DNA of 64,000 nucleotides, taken from positions 2,816,001-2,880,000 of the forward strand of contig CAVZSV010000004.1 in assembly GCA_963778115.1 (NCBI GenBank). Direction: 5' to 3'. This stretch comes from an uncultured delta proteobacterium (GTDB lineage Bacteria; Bdellovibrionota; FAC87; UBA2466). The notes below the pieces were generated by a model. That model was given only the letters and a program-made list of their open reading frames with translations. It was not told the DNA's origin and searched no databases. The stretch's first letter is position 1. Every line of letters starts with the position of its first letter. Both the position numbers and the translations under genes were made by a program. Shown in pieces: positions 28,901 to 38,833 of this stretch.

Positions 28901-31063
28901 GTCGTGCTTTACGGAGCTTCTCGTTACGAGGAGTGCATTGAAAGGTGCAGGGAGGCCGTGCGCATCCTGGAAAGGACGGGAGATCGCTGGGAAGTCAATA
29001 CGGCCAATTGGCATTTGGGCTTTAGCCTCTATCGGCTGGGCGAATTGGCGGAGGCCGTGGAAGTGTGTCGGCAAGTCCATCAGGCGGGTAAAGAGATAAA
29101 CGATCGTCAAGCCGCCGGTATCAGTCTGAGCGGATGGGCCAGGGCCTCGCTGGGTAAAATACCAAAAGAAATTATCTCCGCTGAGTTACGCCAACGAAAC
29201 GGCGCCGATGCTCACACGACGGTGGAAATTTACCAGGCGGAGGGGGTACGCCTTCTGGAAGAGGGCGAAACTTCGCAGGCCGTAAAAACTTTTGGAAAAG
29301 CCATTGCGGTGACTCGGGATGCCGGTCTTCACCAAGAGTATGTCGCTCCTGTCTTTTCATGGCTGGTTACCGCACTTCGCAAAAAAGCGCAGGTGGCAAA
29401 GCAACAGTGCACTCCTTACGCTTTCCGAGAGGCCTTGGAGGAAATTAAGACCCCACTCAAAGTAGCACTGCGCCTCTCTCGAAAGTACCGCAATAACCTT
29501 CCCCATATTCTAAGGGAGGCCGGGCTGGTTGCGGCCCTAAAAGGGAAGGCCAAACTTTCTCGTCGCTATTTTGACGAAAGCGAACGGATTGCGGAGTCAC
29601 AAGGAGCCAAATTTGAATTGATGCAAACCTACGCTAGCCGTAGTTCTATTGGTGGCGAGCTGGGATGGGAGACCACGGATTCCGACGCTTCTCATGCGGC
29701 AAGATTGCGATCGGAGACGCTAGATCCGCTGGAGAAGATGTCGGCACTTCCAAAGGACTCTCCGCTGACGAAATTATCTATCGAAGACCGATTTGATACC
29801 TTGTTAGATGTAGGAAGATCGCTCTGTTCTTCACTGAGTGAGACACTCGTCTTCGAGGCCGTTAAGGACGCTGCCCTCAAACTATTGCGGGCTGAAAACT
29901 GTTTGATTTTTAAAGTCGAAGGAGATCGCATTAGTGCTGAAAATGCGGGGGGGATTCCGGAAGGGGCAGGACAACTCTTACGACGAGCCATTGAGACCGC
30001 AGTTCCCATTATTGGGGGAAGCGAAGTGATGGGAGACGGAAGCGAAAGTCTGATATTGAGCGGTTTTCGTTCGGTCCTGTGTGCCCCTATCTTGGTCAGA
30101 GGAAAAGTGGCTGGCTGTTTCTACGTCGTCCATCGCCGGGTGAGTGATCTTTTTGGGGAGGATGAAAAGCGACTAGCCTCATTTATTGGAACGCTGGCCG
30201 GCTCGGCCTTGGAAAACGTAGGAAGCTTTGCTTCCGTGGAAGCACTGAGTGAAAACCGAAAGCGAGACTTAGAGGCACTAACCAAAGTACAAGAAGAGTT
30301 GGCCAAGCGAGCGCACCTACTTGCGCAGTCTAATTCCGATCTAGAGCATTTCGCCCACATCGCCTCTCATGACTTGAAAGAGCCGGTGCGCGTGGTCCTG
30401 ACCTTCATGCAACTTCTTGAAGCGCGTACGAAAAACTCACTCGATGCGGAGTCTAATCAATTTGTCCAGATCGCCATGCAAAGTTCCAAACGTATGTATG
30501 CTTTAATAGAAGCATTGCTTCTGTACTCTCGGATTGGCTCCCATAAAGACTCGTTTGAAGAAGTGAAGGTGGACAAAAGGCTGGAAGAGGCCGTGCAAAA
30601 TTTAAAGGCTGTCATCGACGAGGCGGGAGCTGAAATTATCTTTGGCACTTTACCCGTTCTTCACGGAAACGGGATTCAAGTAATGCAACTCTTCCAAAAT
30701 CTAATCGCGAATGCGATTAAGTTCCGCTCTAAGAGAACTCCAAGGATAGTCATTGACGCGACTAGGGGGAAAGCGGAATGGATTTTTTCGGTAAGCGACA
30801 ATGGCATCGGTATTGACAGCAAGTACTCGGAAAAGATCTTTATTATCTTTCAGCGTCTGCACCGGTCGGAAGAGTATCCTGGCACGGGTGTCGGACTTGC
30901 CATCTGCAAACGCATTGTGGAACTTCACGGTGGCAGAATTTGGGTCACTTCAGAAATAGACAAGGGAACTACATTTACTTTCACAATCCCAGACAAAGAA
31001 GACACTAAAGGACTGGGACGACATAATCTTCACAATGCAGAAACGCGTTCTTTAACGATTTAA
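25985..31063 (+). CDS. Hybrid Ser/Thr kinase - AAA ATPase - TPR - GAF - histidine kinase
   Basis: HSDIKPSN, DFG, ESGGGKT Walker A, LDDCQWAD, GAF (SVLCAPI), SHDLKEP H-box, NLIANAIKF, DNGIG, GTGVGL. Confidence 0.92.
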   Translation: MQLESLPNSTSPSGSASGNPTTSSQNLKDLLAPHYEPVRLLKTTFGVSTYLGMEVASRNKVIIKMVPHESPGGARLRLEHEATLLRELDCESIASPLHFRSTVDSTIMVCPYVPGISLGEKLSRTKLSIKDTLHVANKLMLALKEAHEHGVLHSDIKPSNVIVSDEVSDSAVTLIDFGFAWSLKLDISLRDIPAGSASYFAPERVGVMKCIFDERSDLYSVGVLLYECLTGKCPFGGSGLGEIFRKHLTFYPPPLRHVRAEVPKALDELIQRLLAKDPRERYQTAVGVLSDLEEIANLLASGVVAPAVIIGKSDRRRTLAEPAFTGRQEEIRQARLWWQQAKEGKGGLLLLEAESGGGKTRLLEELGKQCLAEECNVFWGQGLDQAAQRPFQLLVGVAEQSVRLFSTEPEQRHFFSTKLKDQAQAICDALPEYRALFKIKPEILGPEDFGEVRNLQALAKLLDELGTASRPAFIILDDCQWADELTLKLIQHWSETRTKAGKVHLLIVIAFRSEEVKLGHLLRRIQPLGRIILPSLKSEEISGVIESMAGPLPPTAISSIIKLADGSPFMASAVLRGLVESKTLVPSHSGWKMEETDFARISSSRVAASFLVRRLELLPSEHLEALSVAAILGKEFSISRVVGLSKQDSVLIGQTIGEARRRHIVWDMEKGDHFAFVHDKLREALLSRLAPQTKKKLHLKAALFILEQDSQAVFDLAYHYDAAGEYESALPYAIAAATLARKQNSLEIALQHYRIAERGVGSVKTDTLRMLREGIGDVLLLKGDYTGAAEQYSTLTQLTKDPVERAKFEGKLGDIAFRRGDVKAACDLSEKALRILGGKTPSTAFHFAVAAGREIFVQILHSLFPRVFVGRRKTFDPSSEEFHCIRIYSRMAYIYWFGRGKIPCLWAHLREMNLAERYPPTPELAQAYSEHAPVMTMIPLFNRGIKYAKRGLEMRRKMGDLWGQGQSLHFYGVVLYGASRYEECIERCREAVRILERTGDRWEVNTANWHLGFSLYRLGELAEAVEVCRQVHQAGKEINDRQAAGISLSGWARASLGKIPKEIISAELRQRNGADAHTTVEIYQAEGVRLLEEGETSQAVKTFGKAIAVTRDAGLHQEYVAPVFSWLVTALRKKAQVAKQQCTPYAFREALEEIKTPLKVALRLSRKYRNNLPHILREAGLVAALKGKAKLSRRYFDESERIAESQGAKFELMQTYASRSSIGGELGWETTDSDASHAARLRSETLDPLEKMSALPKDSPLTKLSIEDRFDTLLDVGRSLCSSLSETLVFEAVKDAALKLLRAENCLIFKVEGDRISAENAGGIPEGAGQLLRRAIETAVPIIGGSEVMGDGSESLILSGFRSVLCAPILVRGKVAGCFYVVHRRVSDLFGEDEKRLASFIGTLAGSALENVGSFASVEALSENRKRDLEALTKVQEELAKRAHLLAQSNSDLEHFAHIASHDLKEPVRVVLTFMQLLEARTKNSLDAESNQFVQIAMQSSKRMYALIEALLLYSRIGSHKDSFEEVKVDKRLEEAVQNLKAVIDEAGAEIIFGTLPVLHGNGIQVMQLFQNLIANAIKFRSKRTPRIVIDATRGKAEWIFSVSDNGIGIDSKYSEKIFIIFQRLHRSEEYPGTGVGLAICKRIVELHGGRIWVTSEIDKGTTFTFTIPDKEDTKGLGRHNLHNAETRSLTI

Positions 31064-31277
31064 TAACGCGACGTTACAACTCCCTCTCAAGCCTCCTCTC
31101 TAACAGACCGATCAGTCATTGCGGAGCCTCATTCAACTTTGTTGAACATTGCGCCTAGTAAATGGGGCTTGTAGTAACCTCGGGCAATATTTCGCGGCTA
31201 TGCGCTTTGGATTCCGTTAGTTAGCTAGGGAAATTTGCGGGGGAGAAGTTGCCCAATTTATAATTGTAGTAGGTTTT

Positions 31278-32960
31278 ATGCGCCATCCATTTCTCATTTC
31301 GGTTTTTGCTCTCGCGGCGATCGCACTCTCGGCGTGCAATCAGCTAGAACGACAAAATCCCACCGATACTTCCTCAGGTACGAATGCAAGCTCTCCGGCT
31401 TTGGTTGTCGGTTTATCAACCACCATCAAAAAGATTTCAGCGGGTCTAAAACATACCTGTGCCGTCGACACTAGCCAAAATGTCTATTGCTGGGGAGCCA
31501 ACGATGTCTTTCAATTAGGAGGGGCAACCACGGGAACCTATAGTTACGAACCCGTCGAAGTCGAACAGTTTGATGGAACGTCCACACCCTCGACCCCTCT
31601 TAGCGGGATTACCGCGATTTCGGCTGGCGATGATGCGACCTGTGCCTTGGATGGTTCCGGCCAAGTGTGGTGTTGGGGGAATAATACCAATGGAGAATTA
31701 GGTCAAGATACGGTTATTCAGTCTTCGGTTCCGGGTGCTCTGAAAGTCATGGCGGCCACGACGGGAACCCTAACGGCCTCTTCGGCATCAGTAACATCGT
31801 TTAACACCACTTCGGGAATTGTAAGTGGAATGTCGGTTTCGGGTACAGGGATCCCTAGCGGTACGACTGAGACCATTTCTGGTGGAACCGTGACGTTGAG
31901 TCAGGCAGCTACCCTGAGTGGCAATGAGGCGATCAGTTTTTACTTTAGCACGACAGGAACGTTCACCTCCGGTTCTACGTCGGTAACTTTAGCGGCGAGC
32001 CCTCCCGCGATTGCGGTAGGAATGGTGGTGATGGGGGCAGGCATTCCACCCGGAACTACAGTAAGCGCCATTTCAGGAACGGCATTAACGCTTACCACTG
32101 CGACCACTGCGGCCGGGACTTCACAGACCCTGACTTTTTCAATCCCCGTCTATCTTGCCGGGGGGCAGTCCGTCGCCACTAAATTCGGACGGAGTTGTGC
32201 GGATATTCCCGGCACGGGTGTTACGGCGAATAATACTACCGATGTTAATTGTTGGGGGAGTGTCGTCCAACAAGCAAGTTCCACTTCGAGCGGCATCACC
32301 ACCTATTCGTTACAAGATATCTCTTCGGCCGTAACCTTAGCGGCGCCGATAGTCGTATTTACCGGAGGAAGCTGGTCGGGAATTAAAAGTTTTGCGATAT
32401 TCACCGGAGATCTCTGCGCGATAAACGGGACCCGAACGATTGTCTGCCTAGGAGAAACCTCCACGACACCGGTCCCTACGCCGACGGACTCGACTCCCGT
32501 CACCGGCGGGCTTGTGGGCGGAGAGGACTTCGGCTGTTATATCGACGACTCTAATGAAGCCACGGTGAATTGCTTTACTCCTGGACCCAGCGCAAGTCCG
32601 ACCTCATTATTCACCTCTCTTGCTTCTCCCGACGTCGGAGCTAGCTTTGATTTTCCCTATAATTTTGTTTATATGGACTCTGCCTACCAACACACTTGCG
32701 CCATAGACAGCAACAATTCTTCGATCTGGTGTTGGGGAAGCGATTCGAATAGCCAGTTGGGAGACGGCACTACCAGTTCGGTTGTGACCATGAGTGAAGC
32801 GACGACCGTTACGGGTATTACAGGGGCCGGAGCTGTTGCCACCGGTGGCGCTCATACCTGCACTATTCTTTTTAATCCCCGATCAACCACTCTCTACGGC
32901 CCGGTTTATTGCTGGGGCGACAATTACTACGGCCAGTGTGGAAATGCTTCTGGTCTTTAG
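31278..32960 (+). CDS. RCC1-repeat lipoprotein with inserted Thr/Gly-rich repeats
   Basis: Lipobox LSAC; ISAG..HTCA...CWG.N..GQLG repeats. Confidence 0.85.
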   Translation: MRHPFLISVFALAAIALSACNQLERQNPTDTSSGTNASSPALVVGLSTTIKKISAGLKHTCAVDTSQNVYCWGANDVFQLGGATTGTYSYEPVEVEQFDGTSTPSTPLSGITAISAGDDATCALDGSGQVWCWGNNTNGELGQDTVIQSSVPGALKVMAATTGTLTASSASVTSFNTTSGIVSGMSVSGTGIPSGTTETISGGTVTLSQAATLSGNEAISFYFSTTGTFTSGSTSVTLAASPPAIAVGMVVMGAGIPPGTTVSAISGTALTLTTATTAAGTSQTLTFSIPVYLAGGQSVATKFGRSCADIPGTGVTANNTTDVNCWGSVVQQASSTSSGITTYSLQDISSAVTLAAPIVVFTGGSWSGIKSFAIFTGDLCAINGTRTIVCLGETSTTPVPTPTDSTPVTGGLVGGEDFGCYIDDSNEATVNCFTPGPSASPTSLFTSLASPDVGASFDFPYNFVYMDSAYQHTCAIDSNNSSIWCWGSDSNSQLGDGTTSSVVTMSEATTVTGITGAGAVATGGAHTCTILFNPRSTTLYGPVYCWGDNYYGQCGNASGL

Positions 32961-33073
32961 TCGTTCCGTCCGGTTATACCCAAAATCTAAATATAAATCC
33001 CATCGTGACCTCCTTATTGCTCCCACACTTTCGCCACGATCGTTTATTACCATGAAGGGATAAGGACAGGTGC

Positions 33074-33328
33074 TTGAAGCAGAGAAGTTTAAAACGGCTC
33101 CAGACATGGGCCTCCGATACCAGTAACGTTGCTCCGTGGGCTTTGCTTGTGATGTTTACCGCCGTTTTTCTGGCGAGCCATCACCATTCCGAAGAGCTAA
33201 GTAGAACCCGTCCAGCCGCCTCGTTCGCCTCCATGGCCGTAGTTCCCATGCACACGGTAAGACCCGTGGCGCCGGCACATCGCCGCACCGCCCATCATTC
33301 GCATCACAGACATTCAAAGCACAGGTAG
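33074..33328 (+). CDS. Small membrane-anchored His/Arg-rich protein
   Basis: AAGGA SD, TTG start, one TM helix, C-terminal HHSHHRHSKHR; fills the gap between neighbours. Confidence 0.5.
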   Translation: MKQRSLKRLQTWASDTSNVAPWALLVMFTAVFLASHHHSEELSRTRPAASFASMAVVPMHTVRPVAPAHRRTAHHSHHRHSKHR

Positions 33329-33333
33329 GTTAG

Positions 33334-34731
33334 TTACGGATTTGCGGCTGCGACGACCACCGCGCAAACATTTTCCACCGCTCGAGCCAGCTTTATGACA
33401 TCGATGGGAGTTTTTCCCTTGGAAGAGAAAAAGTCATTTTGGACAGTCAGGCCGTAAGTCAGAAGAACATCAGGCGATAGTTTCTGAAGTGCAGTCCCTA
33501 ACGGATGGAACCTGTCCGTATTCACAAGGCCTGCTAGCTGGCCTGAATCGAGGCTCTTTATCTTCGCCCAGTCTTTATACGAGCTGTGTTCCCAATACCA
33601 GCGTAGCGCTTCGAGGAATTGCGCGGCACTGGCGATATCCAAATGTTTGTCCGATGGTACTTTGTCTAGATCAACGGGCTTTACCGTCACTGTCGGCGGC
33701 ATCATGAAAGCGCCTCCGCCATTTGGCTGTCCCCATTTTTCGGAAAGTTGCACCCGAGGAAATCCAAGACCATTATTGAAGGCGTGAAAGAAGCCAGCAT
33801 CTTTCGTCGTTACGCCGGAAGTGGAATTAACGCTGACCAGCTGGGAACCAGAGCGCATCACTAAGTCGTTCGTGGGGTATTCCAATCCTAAGAGTTGGTC
33901 ATGCCAGGGTAACTCATAGAGGTTGCCGAAAGTTCCCTTAGAAAAATCGATATAAAAAGCATACGGAACATAGGACGCCCAATTTTCCACACCGGTAACC
34001 CAAGCCCCACGCTCGTCGGCTACAACACCAGTCGCGGTGTCAAATACGACATTGGGTTGCTGAGCGTTTATTGTTTTAAGGTCGTAAGGAATGTACATCT
34101 GCAATCCGATGGAGGAGATGTTTCGGATTAGATGAAGACTATCTTCAAATAATATCACCACCGCATCGCTGCCAGCACGGCTAATGCTAATCACCTTTTT
34201 GTTTTGGGCTAGTAGGGGCGTGTGAGTAGGATTTCCTTTGAGGTAGAAATTAGCGCTGTTGCCGCCCGACATGACTCTTTCGATCTCGCCATTGGCGTAT
34301 AGACACAGCACGGACTGTTCATTCCAAGAAGACATGGCAACGATGGGTGAAGAGGCAGAATAGGGGACCCGACTGGAGCGATTGGGGCGTAAGAGCACCA
34401 AATTACCCCCTTCGAGCTTGGCCAGGCTCAATCCATTCCCTTTGATTAAGAGATACTGTCCGAGATCGTCGGTGGTATCGTCAAAAAAAGTGGGACCTGG
34501 CTGAGGAGCGTTGATTTTGGGAACCATGGGTTTATCTACGATCGAAGTCACATACTCAGACGAACGACCGTGATTCTTAGTGTTATAGTGCCGCTTGGCG
34601 TGGATTAAATAGCTCCCTATCGGCACGTCGGCCAGAGCTGCAGAAAAACACCACAAAAAGCCTAATCCTACCCCTAGGAATAAATGCTTCAAAACTCCTC
34701 CTATTGACCGTAACGCGGCCATTATTTCCAA
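33334..34731 (-). CDS. Exported hypothetical protein, beta-propeller-like
   Basis: Signal peptide ...FSAALA; long ORF; start uncertain. Confidence 0.65.
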   Translation of the reverse strand: MEIMAALRSIGGVLKHLFLGVGLGFLWCFSAALADVPIGSYLIHAKRHYNTKNHGRSSEYVTSIVDKPMVPKINAPQPGPTFFDDTTDDLGQYLLIKGNGLSLAKLEGGNLVLLRPNRSSRVPYSASSPIVAMSSWNEQSVLCLYANGEIERVMSGGNSANFYLKGNPTHTPLLAQNKKVISISRAGSDAVVILFEDSLHLIRNISSIGLQMYIPYDLKTINAQQPNVVFDTATGVVADERGAWVTGVENWASYVPYAFYIDFSKGTFGNLYELPWHDQLLGLEYPTNDLVMRSGSQLVSVNSTSGVTTKDAGFFHAFNNGLGFPRVQLSEKWGQPNGGGAFMMPPTVTVKPVDLDKVPSDKHLDIASAAQFLEALRWYWEHSSYKDWAKIKSLDSGQLAGLVNTDRFHPLGTALQKLSPDVLLTYGLTVQNDFFSSKGKTPIDVIKLARAVENVCAVVVAAANP

Positions 34732-34767
34732 ATTCTGCGCCGTGTCAATCGATAGGAAGAGAGGAAA

Positions 34768-35172
34768 TTAAAGAGGAACCCATTTGGTTACGATAGTCCC
34801 CAGAACATTTTCGAGCTCTTGGAGATCGGAAGGTTTTACATAATAATCGTCGGCATTTAACTCGCGACTTCGGCGAAGGTCACTCTCCAGCCGAGAGGAC
34901 GAGAAGATAAGAACCGGAATTGCTTTCCACCGCGGTTGAGTTTTTATCTCCTGAAGTACCTCAAGCCCGTCCATCAGCGGGAGGTTAAGGTCGAGCAAGA
35001 TAACAGCGGGAAGCGTGGATTTGCCCAAGTGCTCCAGCGCTACCGAACCATCGGTAGCGACCGAAACGAAAATTCGCGGCTCCAGCTGAGATAATATCTC
35101 CTTTACCATGGTGACATCCGAGGGATTGTCTTCGACATAAAGGAGTTCGATTTTTGCGCTTTCGCCAGCCAT
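34768..35172 (-). CDS. Single-domain response regulator (Rcp1-like)
   Basis: VEDN, LLDLNLP.MDG.EVL, IPV..FSSS, YVKP. Confidence 0.92.
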   Translation of the reverse strand: MAGESAKIELLYVEDNPSDVTMVKEILSQLEPRIFVSVATDGSVALEHLGKSTLPAVILLDLNLPLMDGLEVLQEIKTQPRWKAIPVLIFSSSRLESDLRRSRELNADDYYVKPSDLQELENVLGTIVTKWVPL

Positions 35173-35280
35173 TTAAATTCCTAATCCAACCTGTGAGGGA
35201 CCCGACGTCTTTTCGCTTCTTAACAGGAATTTATAACAACGGGAAGCTTTGATCGAATCGTTTTCTATCGAAAAACGTCA

Positions 35281-35829
35281 CTACTCAGCTCTCTCAATCG
35301 TGGCCGCCATATGCTCGTGTTTTCGTAGTTGAGGTAACAATTCCCGGATGAGCGAGGCTGTCGGCGTCCCTTGTAATTGCGTCTGTGCTTTCTCTAGACT
35401 TGCAATAGCTTCAGAGTGAGCGGTATCCATCCGTTGGACAAACGTACGATCGAAATTGGAACCCGTCGTCTTACGAAGCTCGGCTACCAGTGCTTCGCCG
35501 ACCTCTTTTTGGGCTTCTACGGCGTTGGGGGTAGTTTCATTTAGGTTGATTTTCTCTTGTTTCGCCAACTGTTTCACCTTCTCCTCAGCTTTCGAATGGT
35601 CCGTGACCAGCATTTCACCGTAGTTGCGGGTTGATGCCGAGTGCCCCTTATTTTGGGCTAAGTCTCCGGCCGCGATTTCAGTCAAATTGATTTGGTGGAT
35701 CCGGCGAAGCACATCTGCTTGCGATACGTCATCCGGAGAGAGATGGCCAAATACTCTAAGTGTTGCCAAACACATCGTAAGTGCGACTACCACTGGTAAG
35801 TTTAACGAAACAAATTTCATCATCCGCAT
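35281..35829 (-). CDS. DUF4142 family exported ferritin-like protein
   Basis: EIAAGDLA, YG.MLV.DH, G..FDR.FV..M..AH, LP.L..H; AGGAG SD before 35829. Confidence 0.85.
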   Translation of the reverse strand: MRMMKFVSLNLPVVVALTMCLATLRVFGHLSPDDVSQADVLRRIHQINLTEIAAGDLAQNKGHSASTRNYGEMLVTDHSKAEEKVKQLAKQEKINLNETTPNAVEAQKEVGEALVAELRKTTGSNFDRTFVQRMDTAHSEAIASLEKAQTQLQGTPTASLIRELLPQLRKHEHMAATIERAE

Positions 35830-35994
35830 AAGCCACTCCTTTGTTTTCTCAGACGGGAAGACATAGATGCAACTTTCGTGCGCAGGCGAGAGGGAACGGT
35901 CGGTATTGCACGAGCGAGGATCCATTTAAGTCCTTATTACGAGCACTTATAAATATCAGTCGATTTGTATATAAATATAAGTTAATATAGATTT

Positions 35995-37008
35995 ATGACC
36001 TTAAACGCAGAGAAAAAGCGAGCCATCAACGAGCAGGTCTCGGATCTTCCCATCAAGCGGTCCTTAGTATCACTATGCAAAGCAGCGGCCGATCCGCTGC
36101 GCGTCGATATTATTCGTGTATTGAGTCAGGAGTCGTTCGGGGTTCAGGAACTTGCCAGCATCTTGAATATTCCTCAGCCGCTCATGAGCCACCATTTGAA
36201 GGTGCTTTCTACGATTGGCCTGTTGGCGACTCGGCGCCAAGGAAACTCCATTTTTTATCGGCGATCGCTTGCCAAAAACGATAACGAGTTGGATGCGTTT
36301 CAAACCACTCTATACGCTACGATAGACGCCGTTCCTTTGAGCGAAGAGTACCTAAGAAAGATAAGTACCGTCTACAAAGAACGATCTAATCAGTCGAAAC
36401 AATTTTTTGATCGCAATGCCGATCGTTTTCATGAAAAGCAGGGAATGCTTTGCGAAGTCAGTCAGTATCTTCCCAACCTAAAGGAGCTTCTGGATCTACT
36501 TTCCATACAGAAAAGTAGTCGTGTTATGGAAGTGGGGCCAGGGCATGGCGAATTGCTCGATGAGTTGTCCAGGCGTGCTGCAAAAGTCGTGGCTCTCGAT
36601 AACTCACCAGAGATGTTGACTCTCACGCAGGGAAAACTGAAGGGGAAGCCCGCAAAAATTGAGTTTGTGAATTCCTCGCTCGAGGCTTATCCTGCCGCTT
36701 CCCCGTTGTTTGATGTGGTAGTTCTCAATATGGTGATGCATCACATGCCGTCTCCGGCGCGTGCTTTTCATAAATTGGGGCAGTTGGTGCGTAAGGGGGG
36801 AAGTGTCATTGTCGCCGAACTTTGTTCTCACGATCAGGACTGGGTGAAGGAATCTTGCGGGGATGTTTGGCTTGGATTCGAGCCACAAGATCTTACGGAT
36901 TGGGCAAGGAAAGCGGGATTCAAAGAACGTCAAAGTTCCTATTTAGGTTTAAAAAATGGATTTCAAATTCAACTGAAACTCTTTTCTAAGGAGAAAGATA
37001 ATGGATAA
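35995..37008 (+). CDS. sahR: ArsR-family regulator fused to a SAM-binding domain (SahR-like)
   Basis: DPLR...[29 protein letters not shown] motif; directly upstream of ahcY. Confidence 0.8.
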   Translation: MTLNAEKKRAINEQVSDLPIKRSLVSLCKAAADPLRVDIIRVLSQESFGVQELASILNIPQPLMSHHLKVLSTIGLLATRRQGNSIFYRRSLAKNDNELDAFQTTLYATIDAVPLSEEYLRKISTVYKERSNQSKQFFDRNADRFHEKQGMLCEVSQYLPNLKELLDLLSIQKSSRVMEVGPGHGELLDELSRRAAKVVALDNSPEMLTLTQGKLKGKPAKIEFVNSSLEAYPAASPLFDVVVLNMVMHHMPSPARAFHKLGQLVRKGGSVIVAELCSHDQDWVKESCGDVWLGFEPQDLTDWARKAGFKERQSSYLGLKNGFQIQLKLFSKEKDNG

Positions 37009-38368
37009 CCAAAAACACGATTACAAAGTAGCCGACATCAATTTGGCGGCATTCGGCCGACGCGAAATTAAATTAGCCGAGCGAGAGATGCCGGCCCTCA
37101 TGGGGCTTCGAAAGAAGCACGGAGCCACCAAACCTCTAAAGGGCGCGAAGATCATCGGATGCATCCACATGACGATTCAAACGGCGGTTCTCATCGAAAC
37201 GTTAGTGGAACTTGGAGCCGACGTGCGTTGGTCGTCCTGTAACATTTTTTCGACTCAAGACCATGCGGCAGCGGCAATCGCGGCTGCAGGAGTTGCCGTC
37301 TATGCATGGAAGGGGCAAACCAACGAAGAAGGTATGTGGTGCATCGAGCAGACCATTCTAAAAGGCGGTAAGCCTTGGGATGCGAATATGTTGCTAGATG
37401 ACGGCGGGGATCTTACGGAAATGGTCCATAACAAATACCCTCAAATGTTAAATCACATTCACGGCATCACCGAGGAGACCACCACGGGAGTCCATCGTTT
37501 GATGGAGATGCTGGAAAAAGGGGAGCTCAAAGTTCCTTGCATCAATGTGAATGACTCCGTTACTAAATCCAAGAACGACAACAAGTACGGATGTCGCCAT
37601 AGTTTGAACGACGCTATTAAACGCGGAACGGATATTTTGCTTGCGGGGAAAAAAGCTTTGGTCGTGGGCTATGGAGATGTCGGAAAGGGTTCCGCTCAGA
37701 GCCTTCGCCAAGAGGGAATGATTGTAAAGATCTCTGAAATCGATCCCATTTGCGCCATGCAGGCGTGCATGGATGGCTATGAAGTGGTCTCTCCTTACAA
37801 GAACGGCGTCAATACGGGGACGGAAGAGGGGGTTGATAGAGCTCTGATGGCGTCTCTCGATCTGGTGGTCACTTCGACGGGTAACGTCGCGGTCTGCGAT
37901 AAGTTCATGCTGACCCATTTGAAATCCGGGGCTGTCGTTTGCAATATCGGACATTTTGACAGCGAGATCGACACCAAATTCCTTCGCGAGAAATTCGAGT
38001 GGGAGGAGATTAAACCCCAAGTTCACAAAATTCACCGCAACCCCAAAGACGAGAATGATTTTCTCATTCTGCTCTCTGAAGGGCGATTAGTGAATTTGGG
38101 AAATGCGACCGGTCACCCCTCGCGCGTCATGGACGGTTCGTTCACCAATCAGGTGCTAGCCCAAATGCATCTTTACTCGGCTCGTTGGGCCGATAAGAAG
38201 ACCGAACCTGTTTTTGTGAAGGTCCTTCCCAAAAAGTTGGATGAAGAGGTGGCCCGCAATATGGTTCACGGATTTGGGGGAGTCATCACCCAACTTACCG
38301 CGGAGCAGGCGAAGTATATCAACGTAAAGGTCGATGGCCCTTACAAGTTGAACGACTATAAGTATTAA
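37001..38368 (+). CDS. ahcY: Adenosylhomocysteinase
   Basis: [52 protein letters not shown]. Confidence 0.98.
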   Translation: MDNQKHDYKVADINLAAFGRREIKLAEREMPALMGLRKKHGATKPLKGAKIIGCIHMTIQTAVLIETLVELGADVRWSSCNIFSTQDHAAAAIAAAGVAVYAWKGQTNEEGMWCIEQTILKGGKPWDANMLLDDGGDLTEMVHNKYPQMLNHIHGITEETTTGVHRLMEMLEKGELKVPCINVNDSVTKSKNDNKYGCRHSLNDAIKRGTDILLAGKKALVVGYGDVGKGSAQSLRQEGMIVKISEIDPICAMQACMDGYEVVSPYKNGVNTGTEEGVDRALMASLDLVVTSTGNVAVCDKFMLTHLKSGAVVCNIGHFDSEIDTKFLREKFEWEEIKPQVHKIHRNPKDENDFLILLSEGRLVNLGNATGHPSRVMDGSFTNQVLAQMHLYSARWADKKTEPVFVKVLPKKLDEEVARNMVHGFGGVITQLTAEQAKYINVKVDGPYKLNDYKY

Positions 38369-38370
38369 GA

Positions 38371-38417
38371 TTTAAGGACTGCCACGTCGACCCGGTTATC
38401 GACGTGGCAGTCTTAAA
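38371..38417 (+). terminator. Stem-loop after ahcY
   Basis: TTTAAGGACTGCCACGTCGA...TCGACGTGGCAGTCTTAAA. Confidence 0.75.
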
Positions 38418-38629
38418 TAACCTGGAAAGACCGCGGCTAAGGCACATCGTGTTAATTATGAAATTAAACGCTCCAACTCCTTGATTTCCCATCGGTAACC
38501 CAACACGCCATCCTAAAAATAATTCGAACCCTGATAAAATGTATGCAGCGGTGCGTAAGTTGATACTCTAAGTTTTTCCTCGTTACGCCACCAGCCTAAA
38601 AGTATTCGCCCTATATTTAAGGAGAGATC

Positions 38630-38833
38630 GTGGGACGTAAGCTGACATCGATACTGCTCTTGTTATGCCTTCTTTCGTTGTCTGCATGCTTGGAGCAAAA
38701 TAGCTCCTCTTCGACATTGCCCCCTGTCACTTCTGGTAATGCAACGACAGCTCCCAACGATGAACCGCCCGTGGGCTCATTAGACACGTCGTCGAATCCT
38801 CTTATTAATTATGTGGGCAAAGCGAACGAATGA
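38630..38833 (+). CDS. Small lipoprotein
   Basis: AAGGAG SD, lipobox LSAC, ATGA overlap with next gene. Confidence 0.7.
   Translation: MGRKLTSILLLLCLLSLSACLEQNSSSSTLPPVTSGNATTAPNDEPPVGSLDTSSNPLINYVGKANE

Noticed and set aside
35867..35884. Sigma54-like site upstream of the DUF4142 gene
   Set aside because: The invariant -24 GG is CG; too weak to call
37448..38035. 195-aa antisense ORF inside ahcY
   Set aside because: Shadow frame of a highly conserved gene
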